64,000 nt of DNA from Armatimonadota bacterium (GTDB lineage Bacteria; Armatimonadota; HRBIN16): contig OY781964.1 of NCBI GenBank assembly GCA_963677485.1, positions 3,168,001 through 3,232,000 on the forward strand, given 5' to 3'. A program made the position numbers and the translations under genes. Under the pieces are notes generated by a model. It was not told the DNA's origin. It worked only from the letters and a program-made list of their open reading frames with translations, and did not search any database. Below, piece by piece: positions 1-10,030 of this stretch; positions within the stretch are counted from its first letter, which is position 1; every line of letters begins with the position of its first letter.

Positions 1-416
1 TGAAGCAGTTTCTGCTGCCGTATTATCAGCAGTTGATCCGCAACATCCGCTCACGGCAGATCGACAAGCGCCGGCACCTGTTCATCCAGGTCGATACCGA
101 TGGCGATGCCCGCGCGGCGATCCCAGTCTATCAGCAGCACATCGGAATGGACGCGATGGCCCCGTTTGAGGTGGCCAGCGGCTGCGACGTGGTGGAAATC
201 GGCAGGCAGTATCCTGAGCTGATCATGCTGGGTGGGATCGACAAGCGCGTGTTGGCCCAGGGCACAGAGCAGATCGATCGCATGGTTGACCGCATCATCC
301 CGGCGATGCGCGAGCGCGGTGGATACATCCCCACCTGCGACCACGGCGTGCCTGAGGAAGTCAGTTTGACGAACTACCTGCACTTTCGTAAACGCTGTTT
401 AGAGCTTGGCGGATAG
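1..416 (+). CDS. Uroporphyrinogen decarboxylase (UroD/MtaA-like) family protein, 5'-truncated by window edge
   Basis: Open frame from the window start; C-terminal motifs LGGIDK and GGYIPTCDHGVP; close paralogue of 526-1689. Confidence 0.8.
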   Translation, partial: KQFLLPYYQQLIRNIRSRQIDKRRHLFIQVDTDGDARAAIPVYQQHIGMDAMAPFEVASGCDVVEIGRQYPELIMLGGIDKRVLAQGTEQIDRMVDRIIPAMRERGGYIPTCDHGVPEEVSLTNYLHFRKRCLELGG

Positions 417-525
417 ACCACAGCCAGCTTGATCCGATTTAGATATGATTCGTGCGGAATAGTGCATGTATAATCACACTGAACATCCGTAATATGCATA
501 TCAGACCGTAAATCTGGAGGCCATA

Positions 526-1689
526 ATGGATCAGACATCTCAGCCCGATGGAATTCACCAGCTTTTACCACGAGAGCTGATGACCGAAGCCGCCCGTAAA
601 GAACGCGATATCTACGCCCGAACCCCTGGAGCACCCATCCACCAGCGCGAATTTGGATTCTACAGCCTGGAACGCTGGTATGAAGACGGACTTGACCGCA
701 ACACCGACCTGGGCAAGCTGTTCGGATTCGACCCGGCGGGGGAGTATAGCCTGGGTTCACTGGGATGGTGCGAGGCCGGTTTCTCGCCCTGCTTTGAGGA
801 TAAGGTGATTGAGGACCGCGGCGATTACGAGCTGGTGCAGGACTTCGCCGGACGCCACGTGCTCTATTTCAAGGGCCGACGCTCTGGATTCATGCCAGAA
901 TATGTCGACCACCCCGTTAAGGACATGCGCACCTGGGAAGAGCTGTGCGCCTGGCGCATGAACCCCGACGACCCCGCACGCTGGGTGGATTTCGATGACC
1001 GAATGGCGACCGCCAAAACGTGCGCTGGCCAGGGGCTGATGATCTTCCAGAACCTGGTGGGCGGGTATATGTATCTGCGTAGCCTGATCGGGCCTGAGGG
1101 CATCTTATACGCCTTCTACGATATGCCCGAGGTGGTTCACGCGTGTATGCAGCAATGGCTCAAGCTGGCTGACGCCGTCATAGCGCGGCATCAGCAGCAT
1201 GTCACCATCGATGTGTTCTATCTGGCGGAGGATATCTGCTACAACCACGGGCTGCTCTGCTCCCCTAACACCATGAAGGAGTTCCTGCTGCCTTATTACC
1301 AGCAGTTGATCCGCAACATTCGTAATCGGCAGATTGACAAGGACCGCCACCTGTATATCCAGGTCGATACCGATGGTGATGCCCGGGCCGCCTTGCCGGT
1401 CTACAAAGAACACATCGGCCTGGATGTGATGACCCCCTTCGAGGTGGCCAGCAACTGCGACGTGGTGGAGATCGGCAAGCAGCATCCAGATATCGCATTG
1501 TTAGGCGGTATCGACAAACGCGAACTGGCCAAAGGTCCTGAGGCCATTGACCGCATAGTCGACCGCATTATCCCAACCATGCGCGCCCGTGGCGGATACA
1601 TCCCCACCTGTGACCACGGTGTGCCTGAGGAAGTCAGCCTGGAGAACTACATGCACTATCGCAAGCGGTGCCTTGAACTCGGCGGGTAA
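526..1689 (+). CDS. UroD/MtaA-like family protein
   Basis: GGAGG RBS; motifs EDICYNHG..SP..MKEFLLPYY, DTDG, GGIDK, PTCDHGVP. Confidence 0.85.
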   Translation: MDQTSQPDGIHQLLPRELMTEAARKERDIYARTPGAPIHQREFGFYSLERWYEDGLDRNTDLGKLFGFDPAGEYSLGSLGWCEAGFSPCFEDKVIEDRGDYELVQDFAGRHVLYFKGRRSGFMPEYVDHPVKDMRTWEELCAWRMNPDDPARWVDFDDRMATAKTCAGQGLMIFQNLVGGYMYLRSLIGPEGILYAFYDMPEVVHACMQQWLKLADAVIARHQQHVTIDVFYLAEDICYNHGLLCSPNTMKEFLLPYYQQLIRNIRNRQIDKDRHLYIQVDTDGDARAALPVYKEHIGLDVMTPFEVASNCDVVEIGKQHPDIALLGGIDKRELAKGPEAIDRIVDRIIPTMRARGGYIPTCDHGVPEEVSLENYMHYRKRCLELGG

Positions 1690-1807
1690 GCCCTCGTATA
1701 GGTTAGAATAGATTCAGCCGGAGCCAATAGTCTGGCGTATAACCAGCCGAAGGTAGCCGGCTGACCGCTTTTTATGTTCACAATATCTCGCCGTATAGGA
1801 GTTTTCC

Positions 1808-3775
1808 ATGAGAAGATCGATCTTGGCTTTGCTTCTGGGTGCCATGCTGGCATCCTCTGCAACGCAAGCCGCCGTACGCGATATTTACCCAGATACCTGG
1901 GTAGCGACCGATGGGGTTGGGCGCAGCATGCCTTCTGTGAAGCAAGTCGGCCCCGTGAAGAAAGACCAGACCCGCGTGGTGGGCATCTTTTACATCACCT
2001 GGCACAGCGACAGTAATCATCAAAAACAAACCTACACCGCTGATGTGGCCTCCATCTACCGAAAGGACCCAAATGCACGGCTGGACGGCAAGAACCCCTT
2101 GTGGAAAGACGGCAGTTACCACTGGGGCGAGCCCGAAACGGGTTATTTCCTGAGCAAGGACGAATATGTGATCCGCAAAGATATGTCTATGCTGGCCGAT
2201 GCCGGTGTGGATGTGCTGATCATGGACGTGACAAATGCGGTGCGCTACTGGGATGAGTGGTCAGTGGTGTTCCCCGTGATGCAGAAAATGAAGGCCGAAG
2301 GCAACAAAGTGCCCAAGTTCTGCTTCTGGGCGTTCAACGGCCCCTGCATCACCGTGGTTCAAGACCTGTATGACAAAATCTACAAAGAAAACAAGTATAA
2401 AGACCTGTGGTTCTACTGGCAGGGCAAACCGCTGATTTTATGGAACGGCAGCCCCTCCGTGGATGCCAATGGAGCGGGGATTCAGAACCCGAACCTCTAC
2501 TATGATGCCAAGGCGAAGACAGACAAGAACCACCCGCACTACGGCGATCCTAAGTATACCACGGAGTTCCTCACCGACTACCCGGATGAGATCAAAAACT
2601 TCTTCACCTCACGCACGATGTGGTGGGGATACCACATGTGGGCAGGCAAGCGCTTTGTAGGCACCGAGGACAACTGGAGCTTCGGCTACCAGTTGCACGA
2701 CCCTGCAGTGCTGAACATGAACCCCAATGACCTGGTGTCCACACACAAGGGCAAGAAGGAAGAGGCGGCGGTCACCCCCTCGCAGCACCCTATGAGCATG
2801 GTAGGTAAAACCTGGAGCCGCGAAGCGGGTGAGCCCGAATTGAATGAGTACGATGTGCCCGGAAGAGCACTGGTGCCCTGGCTGGGCAAGACCGTGAAGA
2901 ACCCGATGGACTACGGCATCTACTTCCAGCAGCGATGGGATGAGGCGATAGCCGCCAACCCGCAGTTTATGTACATCAACGACTGGAACGAGTGGACCGC
3001 CGGAAAGTATCCCACTACCGGTGATTTCATGCGCCGCAAGAGCGACTACTTCTTTGTGGACCAGTATAACCCCGAATTCAACCGCTGTGTGCAGCCCATG
3101 AAGGGCGGTTACACCGACAACTACTACATGCAGATGGCGCAGAACATCCGCAAGTATAAGGGCATCCGGCCCATCCCCACCAACCGCGGCATCCATCCTG
3201 TGAGTATCAATGGCCGCTTCAACGACTGGAGCACCGTGCGTGTGGAGTATCGTGACACCATCGGCGATGTCTTCCACCGCAACTACCCAGGATACGGTGA
3301 GCCGGACTACACCAACGATTCTGGCCGTAACGACATCACCACCAGCAAAGTGGCGATGGATGAGAAGAACGTGTATTTCTATGCACAGACCGCTCAGCCG
3401 TTGACCGCCTGCACCGACCCCAACTGGATGCTGCTGATGATCGACGCCGACCAGAACCCCGATACTGGCTGGTATGGGTATGATTACATCATCAACAAGC
3501 AGGTTCTGAGCACCGGGAAGACGACGCTCAGTAAATACGTCCCCGGCAGCGACCAGCCTTGGCAGGTGGTTTCTGAGCTCAGCTACCGAGCCGAGTGGGA
3601 CAAGCTGGAGATCGCGGTACCCCGCGCTCTGCTTGGCCTGAAGGGCGATTCTGCCAGCTTGGACTTCAAGTGGGCCGACAACCCGGCCGACCTGAAGGAC
3701 CCCATTTCGCTCTGCCTCAACGGCGACACCGCCCCCAACCGGCGGTTCGCCTACCGGTATGTCTGGGCGAAGTAG
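1808..3775 (+). CDS. Secreted GH99/GH71-like glycoside hydrolase (paralogue 1 of 5)
   Basis: Signal peptide; AGGAG RBS; VGIFYITWH, WGEPExGY, LADAGVD and NDWNEW motifs of GH99/71-like TIM barrels; C-terminal beta-sandwich. Confidence 0.65.
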   Translation: MRRSILALLLGAMLASSATQAAVRDIYPDTWVATDGVGRSMPSVKQVGPVKKDQTRVVGIFYITWHSDSNHQKQTYTADVASIYRKDPNARLDGKNPLWKDGSYHWGEPETGYFLSKDEYVIRKDMSMLADAGVDVLIMDVTNAVRYWDEWSVVFPVMQKMKAEGNKVPKFCFWAFNGPCITVVQDLYDKIYKENKYKDLWFYWQGKPLILWNGSPSVDANGAGIQNPNLYYDAKAKTDKNHPHYGDPKYTTEFLTDYPDEIKNFFTSRTMWWGYHMWAGKRFVGTEDNWSFGYQLHDPAVLNMNPNDLVSTHKGKKEEAAVTPSQHPMSMVGKTWSREAGEPELNEYDVPGRALVPWLGKTVKNPMDYGIYFQQRWDEAIAANPQFMYINDWNEWTAGKYPTTGDFMRRKSDYFFVDQYNPEFNRCVQPMKGGYTDNYYMQMAQNIRKYKGIRPIPTNRGIHPVSINGRFNDWSTVRVEYRDTIGDVFHRNYPGYGEPDYTNDSGRNDITTSKVAMDEKNVYFYAQTAQPLTACTDPNWMLLMIDADQNPDTGWYGYDYIINKQVLSTGKTTLSKYVPGSDQPWQVVSELSYRAEWDKLEIAVPRALLGLKGDSASLDFKWADNPADLKDPISLCLNGDTAPNRRFAYRYVWAK

Positions 3776-3789
3776 GGAAAACTGCCAAA

Positions 3790-3823
3790 CAGTTGTGTCA
3801 CTTGCGGGCAAGTGACACAACTG
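3790..3823. terminator. Perfect 16-bp-arm hairpin after stop codon
   Basis: cagttgtgtcacttgc-gg-gcaagtgacacaactg, 14 nt after TAG; no U-tract. Confidence 0.5.
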
Positions 3824-3855
3824 CCGTGACTGCTGACAGGAAGGACACGTTTGAT

Positions 3856-4447
3856 ATGAGGCCAGTGCGGATATTTATCAGCAGTGTGCAGAAGGAATTT
3901 GCACAGGAGCGGATTACCCTGCGGAACTATCTGCGTGATGACCCGCTGATCGCAGACAAGTCACAGGTCAAGTCACAGGACAAGTCACAGGACAAGTCAC
4001 AGGACAAGTCACAGGACAAGTCACAGGACAAGTCACGGATCAAGTCACAGGTCAAGTCACAGGACAAGTCACAGGACAAGTCACAGGACAAGTCACAGGA
4101 CAAGTCACAGGACAAGTCACGGATCAAGTCACAGGTGAAGTCACAGGTCAAGTCACAGGACAAGTCACAGGACAAGTCACGGATCAAGTCACAGGTGAAG
4201 TCACAGGTGAAGTCACAGGTGAAGTCACTAAGCTGGTAATAGTCTACCATACTCCAATGACTCGGAAAAAATATCCAATTAGCACTTGCATTAAAAGGGG
4301 AAGCCAATTTCAGAGACTTGTACTTAACTCCTGCACTGGAAGCGGGATATATTGAGATGACCATTCCCAATAAGCCCAACAGTCGTTTGCAGAGATATCG
4401 GTTAACAGATAAAGGAATCGTGTTGCGGAAGAGGCTAACCAATCAAT
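3856..4447 (+). pseudogene. Remnant of a DUF4062-type gene with (QVTG)n linker and Fic-like C-terminal HTH
   Basis: MRPVRIFISSVQKEFAQER (DUF4062-like start) is joined out of frame to QVTG repeats. A frameshift at the A6 run (about 4266-4271) precedes NIQLALALKGEANFRDLYLTPALEAGYIEMTIPNKPNSRLQRYRLTDKG. Confidence 0.65.
3958..4229 (+). repeat. 12-bp tandem repeat (aagtcacaggac and variants), 22 full units plus a partial
   Basis: Directly visible; variant units end caggtc, caggac, cggatc or caggtg; the first 7-unit block is duplicated. Confidence 0.97.
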
Positions 4448-4544
4448 GATGACAGTTGGACATTCTGAGCGAGCCACGCAGGACCGTGTGATCAAGCTGT
4501 TTGGCGAGCAACTTGGCTTCCGCTATCTGGGTGACTGGACATTC

Positions 4545-4728
4545 TGAGCTGGCATCTTTGCTTTCAGATATGGATACTGAAATCGACGTGCTGGTGAGAA
4601 AGCGCGGCAAATCAATGGTGCTTCGCACCGCCCGCAGCGGCACCCACGCCGGATCACAGTTCTGGGGATGTACAAGCTACCCGTCATGCAAAGGTACAAG
4701 GCCGTTCGACGGCAGCAGTCCGCCATGA
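4545..4728 (+). pseudogene. Fused fragments: type I R-M HsdS-like C-terminal helix and topoisomerase C4 zinc-ribbon
   Basis: LASLLSDMDTEIDVL..KR.K resembles the HsdS coiled coil; MVLRTARSG..AGSQFWGCTSYPSCKGTR is a zf-C4_Topoisom motif lacking its first CxxC. Confidence 0.5.
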
Positions 4729-4827
4729 AAACTGGCGGTATTAGCCACCCCACCCCTCCCCAATTTGGCCCGAAAAGGGCATAATACAAGTGTTATTACT
4801 ATCTACCGCGGGTAAAGGAGCTTCCAA

Positions 4828-5826
4828 ATGATTGATGTAGCCATTTGCGGGTTTGGCGCACTGGGACACGTCCACGCTGACTCGTTAGCTGGGTTCGACG
4901 ATGTGTGCGTTAAGGCTGTTTGCGATATCGACCCCGATAAGCTGACCATGCAGCAGGTCGCTTTCAACATCGACGCTGGTGAGTGCAAGTTCGACATCTC
5001 CGGCAGCACCACCTACACCGACTATGCCACCATGCTGACTCACGAAAAGCTGGACGCGGTGGTGCTGGCGGTTCCTACCGATCTGCATGCCCCATTCGCC
5101 ATCATGGCCATGGAAAAGGGCATCAGCGCCTTCAGTGAAAAGCCGATGTCCATCACCGTGGAAAACTGCCACCACATGATCGCTGCCCGCGACAAGAACA
5201 ATGTGCAGTTGGTGGTGGGGCAGTGCCTGCGCTTCTGGGGCGAATATGAGTATCTGAAAGCTTCTATCGATGATGGCCGTTACGGCAAGCTCCGCTCGCT
5301 GCATATGGAGCGCATGGGCAATGCGCACAGTCTGTCGCCGTGGTTCCTTGACCATCACCGTTCTGGCGGCGCTCTGCTTGATCTGCATGTTCACGATGTG
5401 GACTGGGTGAACTCAGCCCTGGGCAAGCCCCAAAGAATTGATGCCGTGGGACACATCGGGATCACCGGTGGAGTGGATGATCTGCTGTCGGTGTGGGAAT
5501 ACGAGGACACGACGGTTTCGATCGTGGGCAGTTGGATGTATCATGGCGGGTTCCGGATGCAGTATCGGGCAAACTTCGATGATGCCACGCTGGAATACAG
5601 CATCCATACCAACCCAACCCTGTCAGAATGCAGACTCGGTGCAGAACCTAAGGCGATCGAAGTCGATACCGCTTCGGCTTACACGAAAGAGATGCGGTAT
5701 TTCCTTGACTGCGTGAGCAAGGGGCAGCAAAACGACAAAATCAAGGCCGAAAGCACATGTGAGAGCATCGCACTGGCCCTGGAAGAACAGCGTATCGTCA
5801 TCAGCAAAATGGGGAACAGCGACTAA
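4828..5826 (+). CDS. Gfo/Idh/MocA family oxidoreductase
   Basis: GFGALG Rossmann motif, EKP, GGALLDLHVHDVD; AGGAG RBS. Confidence 0.92.
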   Translation: MIDVAICGFGALGHVHADSLAGFDDVCVKAVCDIDPDKLTMQQVAFNIDAGECKFDISGSTTYTDYATMLTHEKLDAVVLAVPTDLHAPFAIMAMEKGISAFSEKPMSITVENCHHMIAARDKNNVQLVVGQCLRFWGEYEYLKASIDDGRYGKLRSLHMERMGNAHSLSPWFLDHHRSGGALLDLHVHDVDWVNSALGKPQRIDAVGHIGITGGVDDLLSVWEYEDTTVSIVGSWMYHGGFRMQYRANFDDATLEYSIHTNPTLSECRLGAEPKAIEVDTASAYTKEMRYFLDCVSKGQQNDKIKAESTCESIALALEEQRIVISKMGNSD

Positions 5827-6645
5827 ATGGACATTGGCGTGATCAACACACTTTCAGACGGCGGCCGTTGCTTCGATATGATGAAGCAGCTCGACCTGCA
5901 CGTCTGCCAGCTCTCCTGCTGGGATGGCCGCATGGCCACCAAGGAGATAGCGCAGACCGTGGTGAAGGAGGCTTCCGCCGCCAACGTGCGCATCTGTGCG
6001 GTGTGGGCTGGCTGGCCTCCGCCCGCCGAGTGGAACTTCACTGCAGGGCCGGTCACGCTGGGCATCGTGCCAGCGCAGTATCGGCAGGAGCGTCTGAAAG
6101 CGCTGAAGCAGTGGGCGGACTTCGCGGTATGGATCGGTGCTCCCGCCATCATCACACATTGCGGCTTCATCCCCGAGGACATGACCTCGCCGGAGTATCC
6201 GCCTGTGGTGGCGGCCATCAAGGATATCGCTGAATACTGTGAAGAGCGTGGTATCGGCTTCTGGTTTGAAACCGGTCAGGAGACCCCCGTCGTGCTGCTG
6301 CGCACCATCGAGAAGGTGGGCACCAACAACATGGGTATTAACCTGGACCCCGCCAACCTGATCATGTATGGCAAGGCAAACCCGATTGACGCGTTGGATG
6401 TGTTCGGCCGATATGTGCGAAACATCCATGTGAAAGACGGGATGTATCCCACCAATGGTGACCAACTGGGCATCGAGGTTCCGGCCGGTCAGGGCAAGGT
6501 TCGCTACCCGGAGTTCATCGCCAGCCTGCAGCGGATCGGCTTCGACGGTGACCTCATCATCGAACGCGAGATCTCAGGCGAAGAGCAGATCAGGGACATC
6601 AAAAAGACGATGGCCGATCTGGTCGCCTGGCAGAAATTGGGGTAG
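5827..6645 (+). CDS. Sugar phosphate isomerase/epimerase (xylose-isomerase-like TIM barrel)
   Basis: FETGQE, NLDPAN, IHVKD, GQGKV, IIERE motifs; abuts the upstream gene. Confidence 0.9.
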   Translation: MDIGVINTLSDGGRCFDMMKQLDLHVCQLSCWDGRMATKEIAQTVVKEASAANVRICAVWAGWPPPAEWNFTAGPVTLGIVPAQYRQERLKALKQWADFAVWIGAPAIITHCGFIPEDMTSPEYPPVVAAIKDIAEYCEERGIGFWFETGQETPVVLLRTIEKVGTNNMGINLDPANLIMYGKANPIDALDVFGRYVRNIHVKDGMYPTNGDQLGIEVPAGQGKVRYPEFIASLQRIGFDGDLIIEREISGEEQIRDIKKTMADLVAWQKLG

Positions 6646-6714
6646 GGGTTACCCGTATCTATACCGCGTCCTTTAGGGCGCGGGGGTTAGTATACGATTA
6701 ATAAATAACTAGCC

Positions 6715-6797
6715 GTAGGGGCGTCCCTTGTGGGCGCCCTAAAACAAAAACCATCGAATGAACAACATTTAGGGCCACCACAAGGGTGGCCCCTACG
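6715..6797. repeat. GTAG-family REP doublet (REPIN-like)
   Basis: gtaggggcgtcccttgtgggcgcccta ... tagggccaccacaagggtggcccctac in inverted orientation; homologous, including the spacer, to the reverse complement of 36648-36728. Confidence 0.8.
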
Positions 6798-6891
6798 ACA
6801 GTATCAGTTACAGCCTGGGCTGCCGTGTCAGCACGGGCAGATTCTAGGTAGTAACTAGCCGGTGCCGCAATAAGGGTGATTAAGGGTGGGG

Positions 6892-8877
6892 TTAATCCCC
6901 ACCCTCCAGCCAGGCCATCTGCTGACTGCTCAGACGCAGCCTCAGCGCCGCCAGTGACTCGTGCAATTGTCGGCTGCTGCTGGCACCGATCAGTGGCATC
7001 ATGGGGAACGGCCGTTGCAGACTCCAGGCCAGACCTACTGCTCCTGGGGTGACATCTAACTCCGCAGCCAGGCTCTCTACCCTCTTCTTCATCGCGCGGT
7101 TGGCCGCGTTGTTCCAGGTGTCGAGGAAATCCGGGTTCGCGAGCAGGCTGTCTGGCCGGTCGAAGAAGCCCCGAGCCTGTGCACTCCAGGCCACCAACGG
7201 CATCTGCCGGTCTGTGAACCAGGCGATCGATTCTTCATCATTGGCCCCAAGGCAGCCCATGCCGATGGGCTTGGCAAGCGGTGCCAGGCTGAAGTGGTTA
7301 CTCACCGCCACAATCGGGCGCAGACCGTGCTTCTGGCAATATTCGTTGGCTTCATCCACACGCTCCAGCGTCCAGTTACTCACGCCAAACGCCCGGATAC
7401 GCCCCTCATCGATGTGCTTATTGAGCGCCTCCATGAAGGCTGACACCGGGTAGTCCAAGTTGTCGCGGTGCATCATATAGAGATCGATGTAGCTGGTCTG
7501 CAGCCGTTCCAGACTCTCCAGTATCTGCGCGCCCATATCTTCAGGGTTGGTCCAGGGAGTATGCGCGCCTTTGCCCAGAATGCAAACCTGCTCGCGGATG
7601 CCGCGCATTTTTATCCACTGACCCAGCACCTGTTCACTCAAACCGTTCTGGTAGATGTGCGCGGTGTCATACAGGTTACCGCCATTTCGGAAGAAGGTGT
7701 CGTAGATCACCGCCATGCCGGGCAGGGGCAGCAGCCCGTAGCGCACATCGGTGCCCAATGCGATTTGGCTGACCGGTAACGGCAACCCTGGAATCTTCAT
7801 GTATGGCATCTTATGGTGGGGATTTCGGGTTAACGGCTCGCGGTCTGACGTTGGCCAGTCCGCGGTCATGCCTTCGTGCGGGTACAGCAGCCCGATCTGA
7901 TGCCGCCACATGTCCAAGGCGCGCAGGTTGCTCAAGGTATCGGCATTGGAAGGTGCCTGGCTCTCGTCGGTATCGCCAGCAATCCGGCGGGCCATCACCT
8001 CGGCCTCCAGCGTGTATGCGTTTAGCCCCTGAGGCACCGGCTGTGGAATGACATTCCCGTCGGCGTGTATTAGCTCAAAATGCGGGTAGCTGCAGAACCA
8101 GGGCGTGATGACGCGAATCTTACCCTTACTGCCACAGACGACCACCTCGTTTGGCAACTGCACATTCACTGCACAGCTCAACTCGGCCGTGATGCCATTC
8201 GGGAAGGAGGCTACGGCGCAGCTCCACTCGTCGGTGCCGGCATGGCCGATATGCCCCACGGCCTTCAGCTCCAACGGGTCGGCATAAGGCTGACCTATCG
8301 CTGCACCAGCAACCAACCTGGCCATGCTCATCGCATAACAGCCTACATCCAGAATGCCGCCACCGCCTAACTCTGCTGCGAGTAATCGGCTGTTCTCATC
8401 ACCGTTGCACTGAAAGCCGAAACTCGAGAAGATGAGCCGAACCTCACCGATGGCACCCGACTTGATCAGCTCCACCACCTGAGCGGTCTGCGGATGGCAG
8501 CGATACATGAACGCCTCCATCAGCACAACACCGGCTAGACGCGCTTCCTCCACCATTTCCTGCGCTTCCGGCAGGTTGATGCTGAGCGGCTTCTCGCACA
8601 GCACATGCTTGCCAGCCCTGGCTGCTTTGATGGCCCATTCGGCGTGCATCGGATGCGGTGTCGCGACATAGACAGCATCGACATCAGGGTCATTCAGAAT
8701 CGACTGATACCCTGCGCAGGGCTTTGCATCTGGATATTCCGTTACAAACCGATCAGCCGCTTCCTGTGTACGGCTGGCAACAGCGACCAGTGATCCAGAT
8801 TCGGTCAGGGTCAGCGATCTGGCAAACTGCTTAGCAATGCTTCCGGTGCCGATAATTCCCCAGCGTATTGGTTTCAT
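6892..8877 (-). CDS. Gfo/Idh/MocA oxidoreductase fused to aldo/keto reductase
   Basis: N-half: GTGSIA, EKP, GGGILDVGCY. C-half: DTAHIY, SLERLQTSYIDLYMMHRD, GVSNW. Probable start MKPIRW. Confidence 0.88.
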   Translation of the reverse strand: MKPIRWGIIGTGSIAKQFARSLTLTESGSLVAVASRTQEAADRFVTEYPDAKPCAGYQSILNDPDVDAVYVATPHPMHAEWAIKAARAGKHVLCEKPLSINLPEAQEMVEEARLAGVVLMEAFMYRCHPQTAQVVELIKSGAIGEVRLIFSSFGFQCNGDENSRLLAAELGGGGILDVGCYAMSMARLVAGAAIGQPYADPLELKAVGHIGHAGTDEWSCAVASFPNGITAELSCAVNVQLPNEVVVCGSKGKIRVITPWFCSYPHFELIHADGNVIPQPVPQGLNAYTLEAEVMARRIAGDTDESQAPSNADTLSNLRALDMWRHQIGLLYPHEGMTADWPTSDREPLTRNPHHKMPYMKIPGLPLPVSQIALGTDVRYGLLPLPGMAVIYDTFFRNGGNLYDTAHIYQNGLSEQVLGQWIKMRGIREQVCILGKGAHTPWTNPEDMGAQILESLERLQTSYIDLYMMHRDNLDYPVSAFMEALNKHIDEGRIRAFGVSNWTLERVDEANEYCQKHGLRPIVAVSNHFSLAPLAKPIGMGCLGANDEESIAWFTDRQMPLVAWSAQARGFFDRPDSLLANPDFLDTWNNAANRAMKKRVESLAAELDVTPGAVGLAWSLQRPFPMMPLIGASSSRQLHESLAALRLRLSSQQMAWLEGGD

Positions 8878-8919
8878 CTGTTTCTCCTGAGATTGTTGGT
8901 TCTTTACCATATCATAACC

Positions 8920-8961
8920 GAAGAAAGCGGATCAGCCCAAATGGTTGATCCGCCTTTCTTC
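8920..8961. terminator. Hairpin downstream of 9007-9948 (-)
   Basis: gaagaaagcggatcagcc-caaat-ggttgatccgcctttcttc. Confidence 0.55.
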
Positions 8962-9006
8962 ATGTGTGTCTTATTCGGTGAGTGTTTTCCGAAAACTCCA
9001 CACGCC

Positions 9007-9948
9007 TTACAGCTTGTTGCCGCGGGCTCCCTCACCACCAGCATTGTTGTTTCGCTGTTGACCTCCACCGCCCCGCGGGCCGCCCATTCCGGGGCCTCGA
9101 CCAGGCCCGCCCATGCGGATGCCGAGGTCTTTGGCAGTCTGGCGGTCGGTCCGGAAGGTGTTGCCCAGATTAGAGCGTTCTTCAGGGGTCATGTTACGGA
9201 AGCTTCCCATTAGCCCGCTGAAGAATTGTACACGCGTCTTGCTGTCCAAACTCACCATGGCATTCACGATGGATTTGCCCGCTGCAACCCTCTCGTCGGC
9301 ACTCATGTTGCCCAGGGAACTCATCAGCGATGCCGCGGCAGTGCCCACTAACTGGGGGCTAGCCTGACCGGCGTTGGTGCTGTTCATCTCAGAGACAACC
9401 TGGTTCAAGTCCTGCACCGTCGTGGGGTTAGTAAATATAACGTAGATAGGCCTTGCTTGGAAGGCTGGCGTCATCCTGGGCAGTTGAGCCTGATATCCCA
9501 CAGGAACATCGGCACCTTTGACGTAAGACGTGATTTTGGTGCCGCTCTCCTCTTGCATCATGATACCGCTGGCTTCCATGGTCATCATGGCACGTACCAT
9601 CGCCACCAGTTTCGGTGCATCAGGTATAGCCATCTTGTCGCGGAGATAAATCTTGCGCCATTTGACGTTCTCTAGCGGCTTCAGGGTAGTGGTCAAGGCC
9701 TCTTCGAAAGTCTTCGAGTCCATCGCAGGCTTAACGACGGCCTTCAGTTGAGGATCGAGCTTGATCGTGGCATTGAACTGCGATGCCATTTCGGTCAAGG
9801 CGGCGTTGATCTCTCGAACGTTAGTGACAGCCGGTGCAGCTTCAGTTGCTGCAGGGGCCGCAGGTGTAGCCGGAGCCTGCTGAGCAATGCCCGCCAGGGG
9901 CAGCATTACCATCAGAGCGGCAGGTAGTAGGAATCTGGTAGCTTTCAT
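9007..9948 (-). CDS. Secreted hypothetical protein, possible STN/secretin-N-like domain, Gly-rich tail
   Basis: Signal peptide, Pro/Ala linker, GGAGGG RBS; the LTEMASQ..I.LD....FEEAL pattern is STN-like (weak). Confidence 0.6.
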   Translation of the reverse strand: MKATRFLLPAALMVMLPLAGIAQQAPATPAAPAATEAAPAVTNVREINAALTEMASQFNATIKLDPQLKAVVKPAMDSKTFEEALTTTLKPLENVKWRKIYLRDKMAIPDAPKLVAMVRAMMTMEASGIMMQEESGTKITSYVKGADVPVGYQAQLPRMTPAFQARPIYVIFTNPTTVQDLNQVVSEMNSTNAGQASPQLVGTAAASLMSSLGNMSADERVAAGKSIVNAMVSLDSKTRVQFFSGLMGSFRNMTPEERSNLGNTFRTDRQTAKDLGIRMGGPGRGPGMGGPRGGGGQQRNNNAGGEGARGNKL

Positions 9949-10030
9949 GATGTCCCTCCCAAGGTGGTCAAGAAATTTGATGTATTTGCTAATTATTACA
10001 TTATTTGAAGGTAGATTGCTCTTCTACGCG

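Noticed and set aside
2609-3820. Long antisense ORFs (also 33259-34731, 34763-35635, 60869-61780 and others)
   Set aside because: Shadows of GC-biased codon usage in well-supported genes on the opposite strand.
3958-4229. 12-bp array as a CRISPR array
   Set aside because: Contiguous tandem units with no unique spacers and no cas genes.
3927-4442. Cys-rich (CDLS)n ORF on the minus strand, and the (KSQD)n frame
   Set aside because: Alternative readings of the 12-mer; the QVTG frame is the one that runs toward the Fic-like HTH.
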